A stretch of DNA of 64,000 nt from Lama glama. Lineage: Eukaryota. Shown here piece after piece: positions 1 through 11,684 of this stretch. Under the pieces are notes generated by a model, which was not told where the DNA came from, did not search any database, and worked only from the letters and a program-made list of their open reading frames with translations. Every line of letters begins with the position of its first letter. Position 1 is the stretch's first letter. A program made the translations under genes and the position numbers. Where the stretch lies: positions 54,064,001 to 54,128,000 of the forward strand of contig CM052838.1 of the NCBI GenBank assembly GCA_028534125.1, given 5' to 3'.

Positions 1-750
1 TAATTTCTAAATATTTGGGGTATTTCCAGGTATCTTTCTGTGATTTTTAACTTAATACTGTTGTGTTCAGAGAATACTTTTGTGTGTTTTCCATCCTTTT
101 AAATTTGTTTAGGTATTTTTTAGCTCAGAATATGATCTATTTTGGTGAATGGTCCAGGTACACATGAAAAGAATATATATTCTGCTCTTGCGTGGGGTGC
201 TAGAATTGCCAAAGAGGTCAATTTTATCGATAACATTATCCAAGTCTTCTACCTCCTTAGTTCTGCATTCTAACTGATCTGTCTTTAGTTTTGTGTTCTT
301 ATTGAAAAAGAAGTGTTAAAATATCCAACTATAGTTGTAGTCTAGTCTATTTCTTCTTTAAATTCTGTCGGTTTTTGCTTCATGTGTTTTTAGGCTGTGC
401 TATTAAACATGTACACATTTAGGCTTATTTTATTGTCTTGATTAATTCACTTCTTTATCATCATATAATGTCCTTCCCCTTCCCTGGTAATATTTTTTGG
501 TTTGAGATTTACACTCTCTGCTATTAATATGGCCATTCCAGCATGAAATATCTTTTTTTACCCATCTCTTTGCTTTTAACCTACCTGTGTGTTTATATTT
601 AAATAGGTTTCTTGTAGACAGCTATACTTAAGTTTTACTTTTTTATACAATATGAAATTTCTACCTTTTAATTCATATATTTAGACCACTTACATTTAAT
701 GTAATTGTCAATATGGTTGGGTTAAAATCTATTATCTTATTATTTGTTTA
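1..750 (-). mobile_element. Old L1 (L1M-type) fragment, 5' ORF2/endonuclease region, antisense
   Basis: T-rich sequence with typical antisense L1 words (ttggtgaatggtccaggtacacatgaaaagaatatatattctgc; gtttcttgtagacagc; tttagaccacttacatttaatgtaatt). Confidence 0.85.
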
Positions 751-2811
751 CAAGATCCTTGTTTGGGCCTTGCCCTGACTCTACAGTCTCATACATGTTT
801 TACAGTGTTTCTTTTCTCCTTTTCTACATGTAGACATTATACACTTGTTCTAATTCCTTCAATGGGCAACATTTTCACAGCCTCCTGATTTATTCACAAG
901 CTCTTCTCACAGCCTAATTCACTCTGCCCCATCTTCCTCTGTTTCTCAACTTCACTACTAATTCTTGTGCATTCTTTAGGTCGCAGTAAAGCCTGTATTC
1001 TTCTAAGAAGCTTTTTCTTACAACTGAAGTCTGAAGTAAGGGCATTTCCCTACCTTTGCTTCACTTAACCTAGAGTTTGTCATATCAGCACTGATTGTTT
1101 AATTTAAGCCTTGTATAGGAGTAAGCTAGAGAATGAATGAAGCTGTCTTTCTCTTCAAAGGGAGAACCCCTTAGACAGATTGCCATGAGAGTCTGACACT
1201 CTGTCACACTCTTGGAATCTCTTTTTGAATGTCTTTCTTTTACACATAATGCCTGAGATCATCTCAATAAAAATAATGAGATCGTCCCCCTGACATCCCT
1301 GCAGGGATGTATTTTCCTTACATATAGTCTGTTTAACCACAATGTAGTTAAGCATTTTTGATTTGTTATTTTTTTTAGAGAGTGAGGCCCAAAGGAGGTT
1401 CTCTTTCAGACAGTTTCTATTTTAACAAACTGAAAAAGGATGTGTATGTGTTTAACAGAAAACTGAAGCTGAATTGTTGAAAATTCAGTGCTGTTGTTTT
1501 TCACTGATAGTAGTCTGAATTATCACTGGCAGAGAACCAAAATCTGATTTTATGCTATTGCAATGGGATAACTGCTGATTGTGCTTGGTACCCATATGAA
1601 ATAGCATTCTTTTTGCATTAGATTATCACAAAATATTTAAATAACCTTTTCTAAATTGATTTTTCAATTTCTAAAACAAAATTCACCATCATTAATGCAT
1701 CAAGATAGCAGCAATTGTAGATGGTATTAAATAATAGACAGATGTCTAAGAACAATATGTAGTTTTTTAAAAAAGTCCTTACAAGACAAATTACAGTAAT
1801 AGGTATTGATGGGAAATGTGGTTTATCTATTTATAGAAAACATAATTATAGCAGACATTTTCAAGCGTATTTTTTCTTACTCCCTTAATTAACTTTAACC
1901 AGACATTCTTAGAACATCTTGTACCTACAAAAAAATGTTCTTTGACAACTAAGTGCAATCTGAAAAGGAGAATCCTATAAGAATTATTTATTTTTTTCAT
2001 TTGAACCATGACAGTGAATATTATTTTCTTATCCTGATAGTTGGAAGCTATGGTTATGTGTTATTTTTTTTTTTTGGAAAGAGGAGAAATTTATATATGG
2101 CCAAAACCCAGTTCAATCTCTGAACATCACATAAACAGATCAGCTGAATGATCTAATTCAGCCTTCTAAATATTCCTATACCTTAATTTATGGTGCAAAT
2201 ATGAAAGTATAATTAGTAAATCAGTTAATACTTTTAAAAATCCTATTTGGGTCATCATAATATCAGCCATATTAGGAAAATATCATGATGTTGATTTAGG
2301 CGGCACTGATAACTTACCTTCCCCCAAATGTGTATTTTTTTAGTTAAAAAAATTATTTCAAAAGAGACTTTTCAGAACTTGTCATTGGCTGAAGATGAGA
2401 ATATTTTAGTGGTTCCTTTTTTCAATAAAAAAGATTATATGCTTATTTTAACCATTTGAATTATTTTAATCTACCCAATAGATCTTATTAAAATCAAAAT
2501 ACAGAGTTTAATTTTTGGAAATAAGTTCCTAATTTGCAGGAAGCATTCCTGGCCATGTTGAGACAAAAGTGTTAAAAAGAGCAATTGGCCAGCTGGACTA
2601 GGCAGCTGGAATGTTGTCTTCCTTCAGTGTCTTCAACATGCCTTTGAAGTTACTACAGGTCATTAACCCTCACGGCTCAGGAAGGGCTTTCGCCAGGAGG
2701 GTAAGGCAGAAGGAAGACGAGGAGGAAGCAGCTCTGGTGTGGTTTCAGACAAAAGCACTCTAATTTTCACAGTGCCTGTCTTACTGTCTAGCTTGTCAGA
2801 AAGCATGCAAA

Positions 2812-2990
2812 AATGAGTCACGGGACCTGGGTGTGAGTTGCAGCTCTTCTACGCACTAGGTGTAAAATCTGAGGCAAGTTATCAAGCCTCTGTGGGCCTC
2901 AGTCTCTGCATCTATTAAAAATATGATTGTAATATCTACCTGATGGAACTATTGTGTTACCTAAACTCTGTAATCATGTGGAGAAAACCT
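2812..2990 (+). mobile_element. MIR SINE
   Basis: Core ggcaagttatcaagcctctgtgggcctcagtctctgcatctattaaaa. Confidence 0.8.
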
Positions 2991-4403
2991 CTGTCAAATG
3001 GCAAAGCAAGGGACACATGTTAATTACAGCTCACACACGTAATCAGGTTAGAAGAAAATTTGAGGAGCATGTTTCCAAAATTACCCGCCTTCTAATGCTG
3101 GTACCAGTAGGTGCTGGCCATCAAGCAAACCAGCAAATACCAACAGTTCATGCCCTAGCTTGCCCTTATAGCAGTATGAAATCCATCGTCCATTTCTATA
3201 CTTCTTGCAGGCTTATCTTTTTCTCACTTCAGATTGAATATAATAAAGACTCATAAGCTTGAGACTGGGTGCTTAAAATCTGCTCTAAATTGTGAGAACC
3301 CGGCATTGGAGAAAAATAGAGCATTATGTTTTTGAAAGTAATAAAATTACTCTGTTCATGTATTTGAATTTTAAGTACCTAAAAATTGAAATTGCTATTG
3401 AGGTACACCACCACAGATCCAGTTTTTTTTTTAATGGTGTTTCCTTGAGTGCTTTTCTTAAATCACAGATTGTATGAAGCTTGACAAAGACCCAAAAAGG
3501 CTTACTAACCTAGCTGCAAATTAACCTACCATCATTAAGTCAGTGTTAGTGGATTATCTGTAAGTGGAGGTTGACTTCAGAACAGAGATTTTTTTTCTTT
3601 AACTTATTTTTTCTATCCCGTTATCAGGCAGGATTTAACAAAACAAAACTGTGCACATGCATGAGTAGAAATGTGTGCACAGAATAGTTGGAAATGGTAG
3701 GAGAAGCCTCTAGACCCATGTCTATTTCATAAAGGCTGGGAAATGAGCAAGTGGTAGAACGCTGAATAGATGTCATACATTGAATCTTCTCAGTGATTTC
3801 CTGTCTTATAATTCTTTTAAAAATTCTATTTCAATCTCAAATTGCTGAGTGGGAGGGAGAATGAACAGGAAGCCAAGCTGATTCCATGAAGCTTGGGTAC
3901 CATTCCACACAAGCATGCAGTATATGGCTAATTATGTTCTCCGGAAATGCCCTCAAGGAACAGGTTCAGGGAATTACAGTCTTGGGGCTCAAACAAGATT
4001 ATTTTGAGCAAAAAGAAACCCCTCTTCAGTGTGATTGTGGAAATTAAAAACATTCACGTTATCCCTAAACTTCAGTGAGCACAAACTCTGATCGCATCGT
4101 GTCTGGCTCTCCCTGCCAAATTGCCCAAATTCTCTGTGTTTGTGGTCACATAGCATGATCTGTGAGCCATGGTTTCTCACAATCTGCTACTTTGTTCTGC
4201 TGAGAATCCCTGGACACCATCTACCTCTAAGTTCTTTTGGCTGCTGCCCCACATGAGTGGCACTGAACAATGGGAAATCCAGTTGAACATGGCAGGAGGT
4301 TAAGAGTATGATGTATGATAAGTCATTCATTCATTTACCAAATACTTAGTGAGCATCTGCTGTGTGCCAGACACTTGGGGACACATTGTAAGAATATTTG
4401 TAC

Positions 4404-4755
4404 AGAATCTTAAAAGGTCATATACATAGAAGCAGAGAGTGGAATGGTGGTTACCAGGAGTGGTGAGGCAGGGAAAATGGGGGGATGATGGTCAAAGGTA
4501 CAGAGTTGCAGTTAGACAGGACAAATCAGCCTAGGTAGCTAATGTACAACATGATGAATATAGTTAACAACATTGTACTGAATACTGGAAATTTGCTAAG
4601 AGACTAGATTTCAGGTGCTTTTATCACACACAAAATGATAACTGAGTGGAAACGGTAATTGCTTGACTGCAGTCATCATTTCAGTGTGTACGTCAAATCA
4701 TCATGTTGTACACCTTAAACACATGTTTTATTTAAAACAAATAAACAAACACATA
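4404..4755 (+). mobile_element. L1 3' end (L1MA-like), inserted next to an L2 tail (~4320-4395, -)
   Basis: catagaagcagagagtggaatggtggttaccagg ... catcatgttgtacaccttaaa followed by an A-rich tail. Confidence 0.85.
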
Positions 4756-5209
4756 AATTAATATTTCAAATCCAGATATTTCTGTCTGTCATGCCTTAAT
4801 GCCTGTTCCCTTTCATCTGTATCATATACTCTCACGGTGGGGGAAGAAAATTAGTAACCGATCCATAACATACCTCTCAACTCTTTATCAACAATTCAAG
4901 TAGAATCATGTCTAGAGTTGCATGTGGGTTATAGCTGGTATTCCTCAAATCTTATTTTTCTGTTATATCAACTAGAAATGCTTTTCCTTCACCTAACTTT
5001 TCCTTTCCCTGCTGTGCTGCTTGATAATTTGCAAGGAAATTGATTCTCTAAATGCAAATCCCAGGACAGATTGGACATAAAGAGCTCAGAGTCCATTTGT
5101 AGGTGTTATGTATCATCCCACTTCCCCTGCAGAATCCCCATGCCTCCATCTGCATGTTTACTTGTACAAACTTGGCCCGAGAGCCAGGAGAACATGGAAG
5201 GTCTTTAAA

Positions 5210-5409
5210 GCCAAGAGTTTAAGCTCCACCTCCTGGCCTAATTTAAATAACCAAGAACATAAGGTTTTTTTCTTGACCTTTGAATTGGGGAGCAAATATG
5301 GTTATGCCAAGAATTTAAGCTCCACCTCCTGGTCTAATTTAAATAACCAAGAACATGAGGGTTTTTTTTCCCCCTTGACCTTTGAAATAGGGAGCAGATA
5401 TGATTATGC
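5210..5409. repeat. Tandem duplication, two ~96-100 bp copies
   Basis: gccaaga(g/a)tttaagctccacctcctgg(c/t)ctaatttaaataaccaagaacat... starts at 5210 and again at 5306. Confidence 0.95.
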
Positions 5410-5783
5410 TGGACCACTATTATTTTTAAAATTTCAGAAAAAAGAATCGTGAAGTTATTTATGAGGTAATAATAAACATGATTTAGATTCCTGGTGTGGA
5501 TTTCATGAGAATAAATTATCTGAGGGCTTCAAGCACCTTGAAAGATCATTTGTTTATTCAACCAATGTTTATTGAGCATTAAGTATAAAATAGGATGCTC
5601 AGGCAAAAATGAATGAGACACAGCCTTTAACTTTAAAGTTATATACAATTTTATAAAGAGAGACATGTACACATATGATAGAAAATATTAAAAAAAACAG
5701 TGAGCCATATGTGTCTATCCACTGGTAAGTGCTTAAGAGTGATTGTGTTTAGGTAAACCTTATTAATCTTACTTTTCCTTCTT

Positions 5784-6283
5784 NNNNNNNNNNNNNNNNN
5801 NNNNNNNNNNNNNNNNNNNNNNNNNNNNNNNNNNNNNNNNNNNNNNNNNNNNNNNNNNNNNNNNNNNNNNNNNNNNNNNNNNNNNNNNNNNNNNNNNNNN
5901 NNNNNNNNNNNNNNNNNNNNNNNNNNNNNNNNNNNNNNNNNNNNNNNNNNNNNNNNNNNNNNNNNNNNNNNNNNNNNNNNNNNNNNNNNNNNNNNNNNNN
6001 NNNNNNNNNNNNNNNNNNNNNNNNNNNNNNNNNNNNNNNNNNNNNNNNNNNNNNNNNNNNNNNNNNNNNNNNNNNNNNNNNNNNNNNNNNNNNNNNNNNN
6101 NNNNNNNNNNNNNNNNNNNNNNNNNNNNNNNNNNNNNNNNNNNNNNNNNNNNNNNNNNNNNNNNNNNNNNNNNNNNNNNNNNNNNNNNNNNNNNNNNNNN
6201 NNNNNNNNNNNNNNNNNNNNNNNNNNNNNNNNNNNNNNNNNNNNNNNNNNNNNNNNNNNNNNNNNNNNNNNNNNNNNNNNNNN
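5784..6283. other. Assembly gap (500 N)
   Basis: N run. Other gaps: 22724-22888, 30668-30815, 32336-32464, 49624-49825, 55739-55966. Confidence 1.
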
Positions 6284-6289
6284 TTCCTT

Positions 6290-7150
6290 ACAGCTACTTA
6301 AATTGTTCTTTCCCCACACGACTAGGAATCTCCTAACTGGCAAACCCGGCAGATGTTTCCTAGTCTTTGTCTTACTTGACTTGACTGTAGCACGTTTTAC
6401 AGCTGGTTACCCCTCTGTTAAGTCTTTCCTGAACATATATCCAGTACCGTGCTAGCCATTGGGAAGACAAGGTGAATTAGATAGCCATGGTCATTGCCCA
6501 CACGGAGCCTCCTGTCCAGTGAAGAATTCAAAGAAAACAGGCAATTACTGAAAACAAAACTCTCTCTTCTTGAATTTTATGACTTCATTCCATCCAGATT
6601 TTATTCCCTTTCTCGGTCCTTTCCATCACAATGTCTTTTGCTGGATGCTCTTTCTTTGTGTTAAATATGGCTGTTTCTCAAGCTTCCTTCCTACGCCCCC
6701 TTTTTGCTCTGCCTGTTCCCCGTGGGAGGTCTCATCAGACTTCGTCCCGCTCCGATATGCCTGTGATGCCAGTTCTTTTGATCTGAAAACCCATTAGCCA
6801 GCAGCTTGCTAGAGACAGCCCCACCTGAGGGCCCCTCTGGCCTTTCAAGCTCAGCATGCCCAAGATTGAACTCATTAGCCTTAGTATCTATTCTTTGAAC
6901 CTTTATTTTCCCCCTTCCACTTACACTCTTTTTCTTAGTTAATAGCATCACTGTCTACCCAGAATATTCTCTAGCCTATTTCACTGGAATATTTCCACTG
7001 CTGTTTTCCATGAGCACAGGGAACTTCTCTGACCAGGTCTGTATCTCCAGTTCCATCCAGATTTTTTTCCCTTTCTCGGTCCTTTCCATCACAGTATCTT
7101 TTGCTGGATGCTCTTCATAACTTTAGGCATTCAAAGTATGTGTTGAGTAA
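6290..7150 (+). mobile_element. Degraded L2 LINE fragments
   Basis: L2-like words (tcaagctcagcatgcccaagattgaactcatt; ccatgagcacagggaac; taggcattcaaagtatgtgttgag). Confidence 0.65.
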
Positions 7151-8354
7151 ATTGGAGTTTTTCTTGAATCTTCTGTCTCCCACTCCATTAATAAGAATGG
7201 TTCAAGAGATTCTTTAGTCCTGAAAATTATACCACCCAAATTTCTCTAGAATTCCTCCCTCATCATTATTGTCACAGCATTCTACCACTTAAGCCCTTTC
7301 TTTTATAATTTTAAGATACTCTTTTTGTCTCTGTATCTCTGTGTCCCTCTCAGCAGAACCCCACACCCGTTACATTTTATTTTTATAAATCCGTGGTACA
7401 GGTGCAGGTGCTTGGGAGACACAGATTCTGTCATCGTCTTTCACCCCAAGTCACGGGTCCTTGCCACTGAGCACCAGAGTGAACGCCAACCATTGCCTCG
7501 TCTCATAAGCAGCTCTCTTTCTCCCTCTCTTCTGCTTTCATTTGTAAGGTAGAATTCTATTTCCAGCAAATTCCGGCTTTTAAAAATCCTAATATCTGGT
7601 TTAAAGTGAGAGATAGGACGAGGTGGGAGAGGAGGCAGTAAGGTTGTTTAGTAGGAGATGAGACTGAAATACGCTGTGAGACCACTCTCTGTCACTGCAG
7701 CCCAAAATCCTTATGTGGAAATGGCCCCCAGAACACAGCCCCATCCGATGCTGCTCTCCTGTCATCATATATGTAAATCCCTTTTTAAGGGTGCAGCTCT
7801 TTCCCTGATCCTCACTTTGAAAATCACTGTGGTTTTAACATTGACAGAAATTCCAAAAATCGTAAGAACGTGATATTCATTTTCCTCTTCATCGTTTCAA
7901 TGGGTCACATATAAATAAATATCATCTTCCTGCCCATCAGATTCACTCCAGTACCGATCAGTAAGTCTCTGTTACAGTCAAAGGTATTGACTGACGCCTC
8001 CAGCTGTGTGCACCTTCACCTCTCCATGGTGTTTTTTGCAGGGAGCCCCGTTACCCGAGTGCCCTGGGAACGCTAATGCTTCCTTCATCAGGATCCAAAA
8101 AGCAGACAGAGCTGTCTTCGGGGAAAATCACTAAGTGCTTTTCTCAATGCATGTTAAGGCCTTGGATTTTCATGAGTTAACAACTGGCCTCTGGGGAAAA
8201 AAAATTCTTTATTCTCTTAAAGACGGGCAGGGCTGCACTCTCCTCACTCCAAGTTACTACAGTCTGTCAGAGGCAAAGGATTCTGGTCCCAGTGTTCTCT
8301 CCATCCAGTCTCCTCTGTTGTGGAGCTGTGCTAAAGATGGTGGCCTCTGCAGTT

Positions 8355-8550
8355 AAACTGTCCTGGCTGCGACGTGTAATAGCTGTCACCTCTGTCTCAC
8401 CTCTCTGTGCCCCAATTTCCTCATTTTCTAAAAGGAGGTTGAAAACACTTACCTCATAGGTAATTACAAGGATTGAATATGTTTATACATGTGATGTGCT
8501 TAGAAAAGTATCCAGCGTGCAGTAAACCTTCTGTGTGTGTTTGGCATTAT
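8355..8550 (+). mobile_element. MIR SINE
   Basis: cacctctctgtgccccaatttcctcattttctaaaagg...acctcatagg...gtgcttagaa. Confidence 0.8.
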
Positions 8551-9649
8551 TAACGTGCTGTACCCTTAAATTCTCTCCACCCCTCCCCCTGCCCAGCCAT
8601 GGCTTCCTGTCCTCTAGAAGACACTTGAAGTTTTCAATCCTTGGCTTACAAATGGCATCGATGTCCCTTTGAGACCTGTCCATACTCTGTCTTAACAGCC
8701 TTCTGTCTTGCTTTTGTCCTGTTTATGACCCCTGTGTTTTAACCACGTCAGGCTGCACACCAGGCCCTCTCAGTCACTAATAAATGCTAGTCCTTTAAGC
8801 CCAGCCCTCAGGCCACACACTGTCTTCTCTTGGAAGGCCCATGGCCCCAGCAGTGAGCCCTTGAACAGGCAGGCAAGTTGTGTAAGCGCACACAGCCCAC
8901 GTTGTGTTTCGTCATAACCCTTTGTTTCCTTAGGTTGTCTTTCCCGCTGTAACTACTCCACCGGGAGCTCGGTGCTCCCTGTCTGGCACACACACGGGCC
9001 TCAACAAGTTTGCCGAGTCAGTGAGTGCTGTAAACAGAAATTAGTGTGAATGCACATGAGATTTTAACCTGTATTGAGTTAGCTTTTGATCATTTATCGT
9101 TAAACGTCTTGAAACCCTTTGCAAGGCTGAACTAACATGAAATACACACACGTGGTGATAACTGGCTTCTTGGAGAGCTGTTTCCTAGGGAAGCTGTAGG
9201 TGGCCGTGCTCACACGATTGTAGCCCCTCAGCACTTTCAGAAATGGATCAACCAGTACACTGTCCCATTTTTGTCAGGTCTGCTTGGCTTAATTTCTCTT
9301 GAGTTGCTGGGCTCTGTCATCCTGAGTTCGGGTATTGCACGGCGGCGGCTACACATTACTGAAGTGGGCAACTCCACAGAGAGGTTCATTTGTGAAACTG
9401 GAAGGGGGTGAGCGTCACGGCTGTTCCACTCCTGTGCTGTGGGATAGGACATTAACGTGCCCCAAGTCAGAGCTCCAGAAGTCAGTGTCCCTGCCCCAAA
9501 GTCTGAAATCTGGTAGTATGACTCCAAGTTATTGCCCTGTTCAGGATGTAAACAACTTAAACCCATGAGGGAAGGGCCAGAGTATTGCAGCTCAGCCTAC
9601 CAATTTCATAGGCTCACATTCCTGCAGACTGTTTCAGGACAGAAAAACC

Positions 9650-9711
9650 ATAACATTGGCCTGTGCTGCGGGATTTCATAATAACATTGGCCTGTGCTCT
9701 GGGATTTCACA
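9650..9711. repeat. 31-bp tandem duplication
   Basis: ataacattggcctgtgct(gc/ct)gggatttca occurs at 9650 and 9681. Confidence 0.95.
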
Positions 9712-11668
9712 ATTTAAAATATGCTCGATTAGTGCCTGCCATTAATGAGTTATCTAAGCATTCGCATGCCAGTTTAGGAAAGAATGCTGGCAGGCTTCAA
9801 GCCGTCTCAGAAATTGTGTTTCCCATGTTTGGTTGCTTCAGTCTGAAGCCCTCTGAGGTCGGAGGCGGGGTATTAATTTATGTTCATGTTGATGATTATC
9901 CAAAGGAGTGACCACATCGTGAGCATGTTGTGCAATGCAGTGAGGGTTTCACTCTTCCTATGGACAGAAGAATTCTGACAACATCCTAACTGCTGTACCA
10001 AACTGCCACCTAGGATAGCTATTAAAGCAGAGAAGGGACCAGAGCTCCCTCGTCAACAGAATGGCTTCCATGCGCCGCATGTTGGCATCGGTAAGAGATG
10101 ACGTAAGAGCAAAAGGCAGTTGTCAGATACTGATGTGGGGGAACGACCCTGGATTCAGTGAGCAGGCAGGTGGTCAGACGCGAAACCCAGACTGCCCTTA
10201 AGCAGTGGTCACAATGAAATCATGGCTAAAGAATGTTCCCAAGGGGCTGCCCCTGGAGGCACCGCCCACAGAGCTGGTTCTTGCTTAGCACCCGAGAGAA
10301 GTGGAACTCGGGGAGCTGCTGCAACCCAAATGGAGCGGGGATGGGCAGGCTGGGGTGGCAGGGAGGTGTCAGCAGAGGCCCTAACCCACGCAGACTGGCA
10401 TGCATGCTTCGAGAAACAGCGGGCCTGGTACGAGGCTCAGGGCAGCAGACTGTGCGCAAATGCTGAGGCTGCATGGAGACGTGCTGTGGAACATGGAAAT
10501 CAAGGAGCCAAAGCGGAGATTCTTCATGGCCTGTCAATTATTTTACTCCGAAGGACGTTTCAATTGCAGTGGAAGGTTTGAAGAGTCGGGCAGCTGCAGT
10601 TACAATGTTTGCTTCTCCCCCTGACACCTAGCGCGGTGGCAGCTGTCAACCTGTTCTTCTTGCTGCTGTGGTTTTATAATTTCTCAGGGTTTTATTAACG
10701 TTGTACATTTCTGTATTCTTTGGACAAGCTCAGATGATAGTCATTATAGTTACCTCCCTAAATTTTATTACCTTTCCACGGGTCTGTTTGCGGGGGGAAG
10801 TTATTTGCTAATCTAACCTTCACAAGAGTCTATTAAATGGCTGCCAAGTTTCACTTCAGTCTAGTCTCTGCAGGGAGTGAAATATGGATCATTTATTAGT
10901 CTCCGTAGGACACATCTAAGAGTCTTCAAATCAATTTAAAAGTGTTGCTAAATTCCTGTTTTAAAAAATGTAATGTCACATTATTAGCCCTCTCCGAATT
11001 CCTAATGTTATTAGACACCTCAAGATCTATATCTGTTGATGGCATTTTTAGGGGCAAGGACCTTGAATTAAAGATAGAGTCTTAACTTCTACAGATGGGC
11101 ATTATTTTATACCATCCTTTTTTTCAGTCTTCCTATCTGTAGAATTTCCCCCCATAAATACCACATGAGGACCAGAAGCAATAGGTAATGTTTTATAAAC
11201 TCTTCTGAGCACGAGATTGATGTGCCACATTGCATTTAAGGGGGGGGGGTGGAATGCAAGGAATGACTAGACAACAGCAAGATGGACCTTTATTCCTACA
11301 AATGTTCCCTACTCTAGAGGAAGAAGGACAGATTTTGGTAGACCGAAGTTGAGGGCATCACAGGGGTCAGGAGGAGGAGCGGAGTGTGGAGAGGAGCCCG
11401 GCTTCAGCCCAGGTTGGGGTTTTAACAGGAAAAGAGCAAGAGAGAGAATGTCGCAGGTGAGACGCATAGGTAAACAGGGAGGGACTGGGAAGGCTTATTC
11501 TGTGTTATATAATCAAGTTCATGTTGAGTGCTACTTTTGCAGTTCCTTCTTCCGGATATTTCTGTAGGCTTCTTTTTTAAACTTTTCTTTTCTTTTCTTT
11601 TTTTTTTTTTTCTAAAACACTTTTTTAGAAAGTTAAGTACTGTCGTTTGCACCAAGGGCTGAGTAGCA

Positions 11669-11684
11669 CAGCGCCCCCTGGTGT
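11669..11684 (-). promoter_or_regulatory. Candidate CTCF site (reverse orientation)
   Basis: Reverse complement ACACCAGGGGGCGCTG versus consensus CCACCAGGGGGCGCTG; CpG retained in non-repeat DNA. Confidence 0.65.

Noticed and set aside
5651-6343. Long ORFs spanning X runs (also near 22.7, 30.6, 32.3, 49.6 and 55.7 kb)
   Set aside because: Artefacts of N gaps, which contain no stop codons.
11239-11252. Poly-G runs (also 31130-31140) as G-quadruplexes
   Set aside because: Single short homopolymers with too few G-tracts for a confident intramolecular G4.
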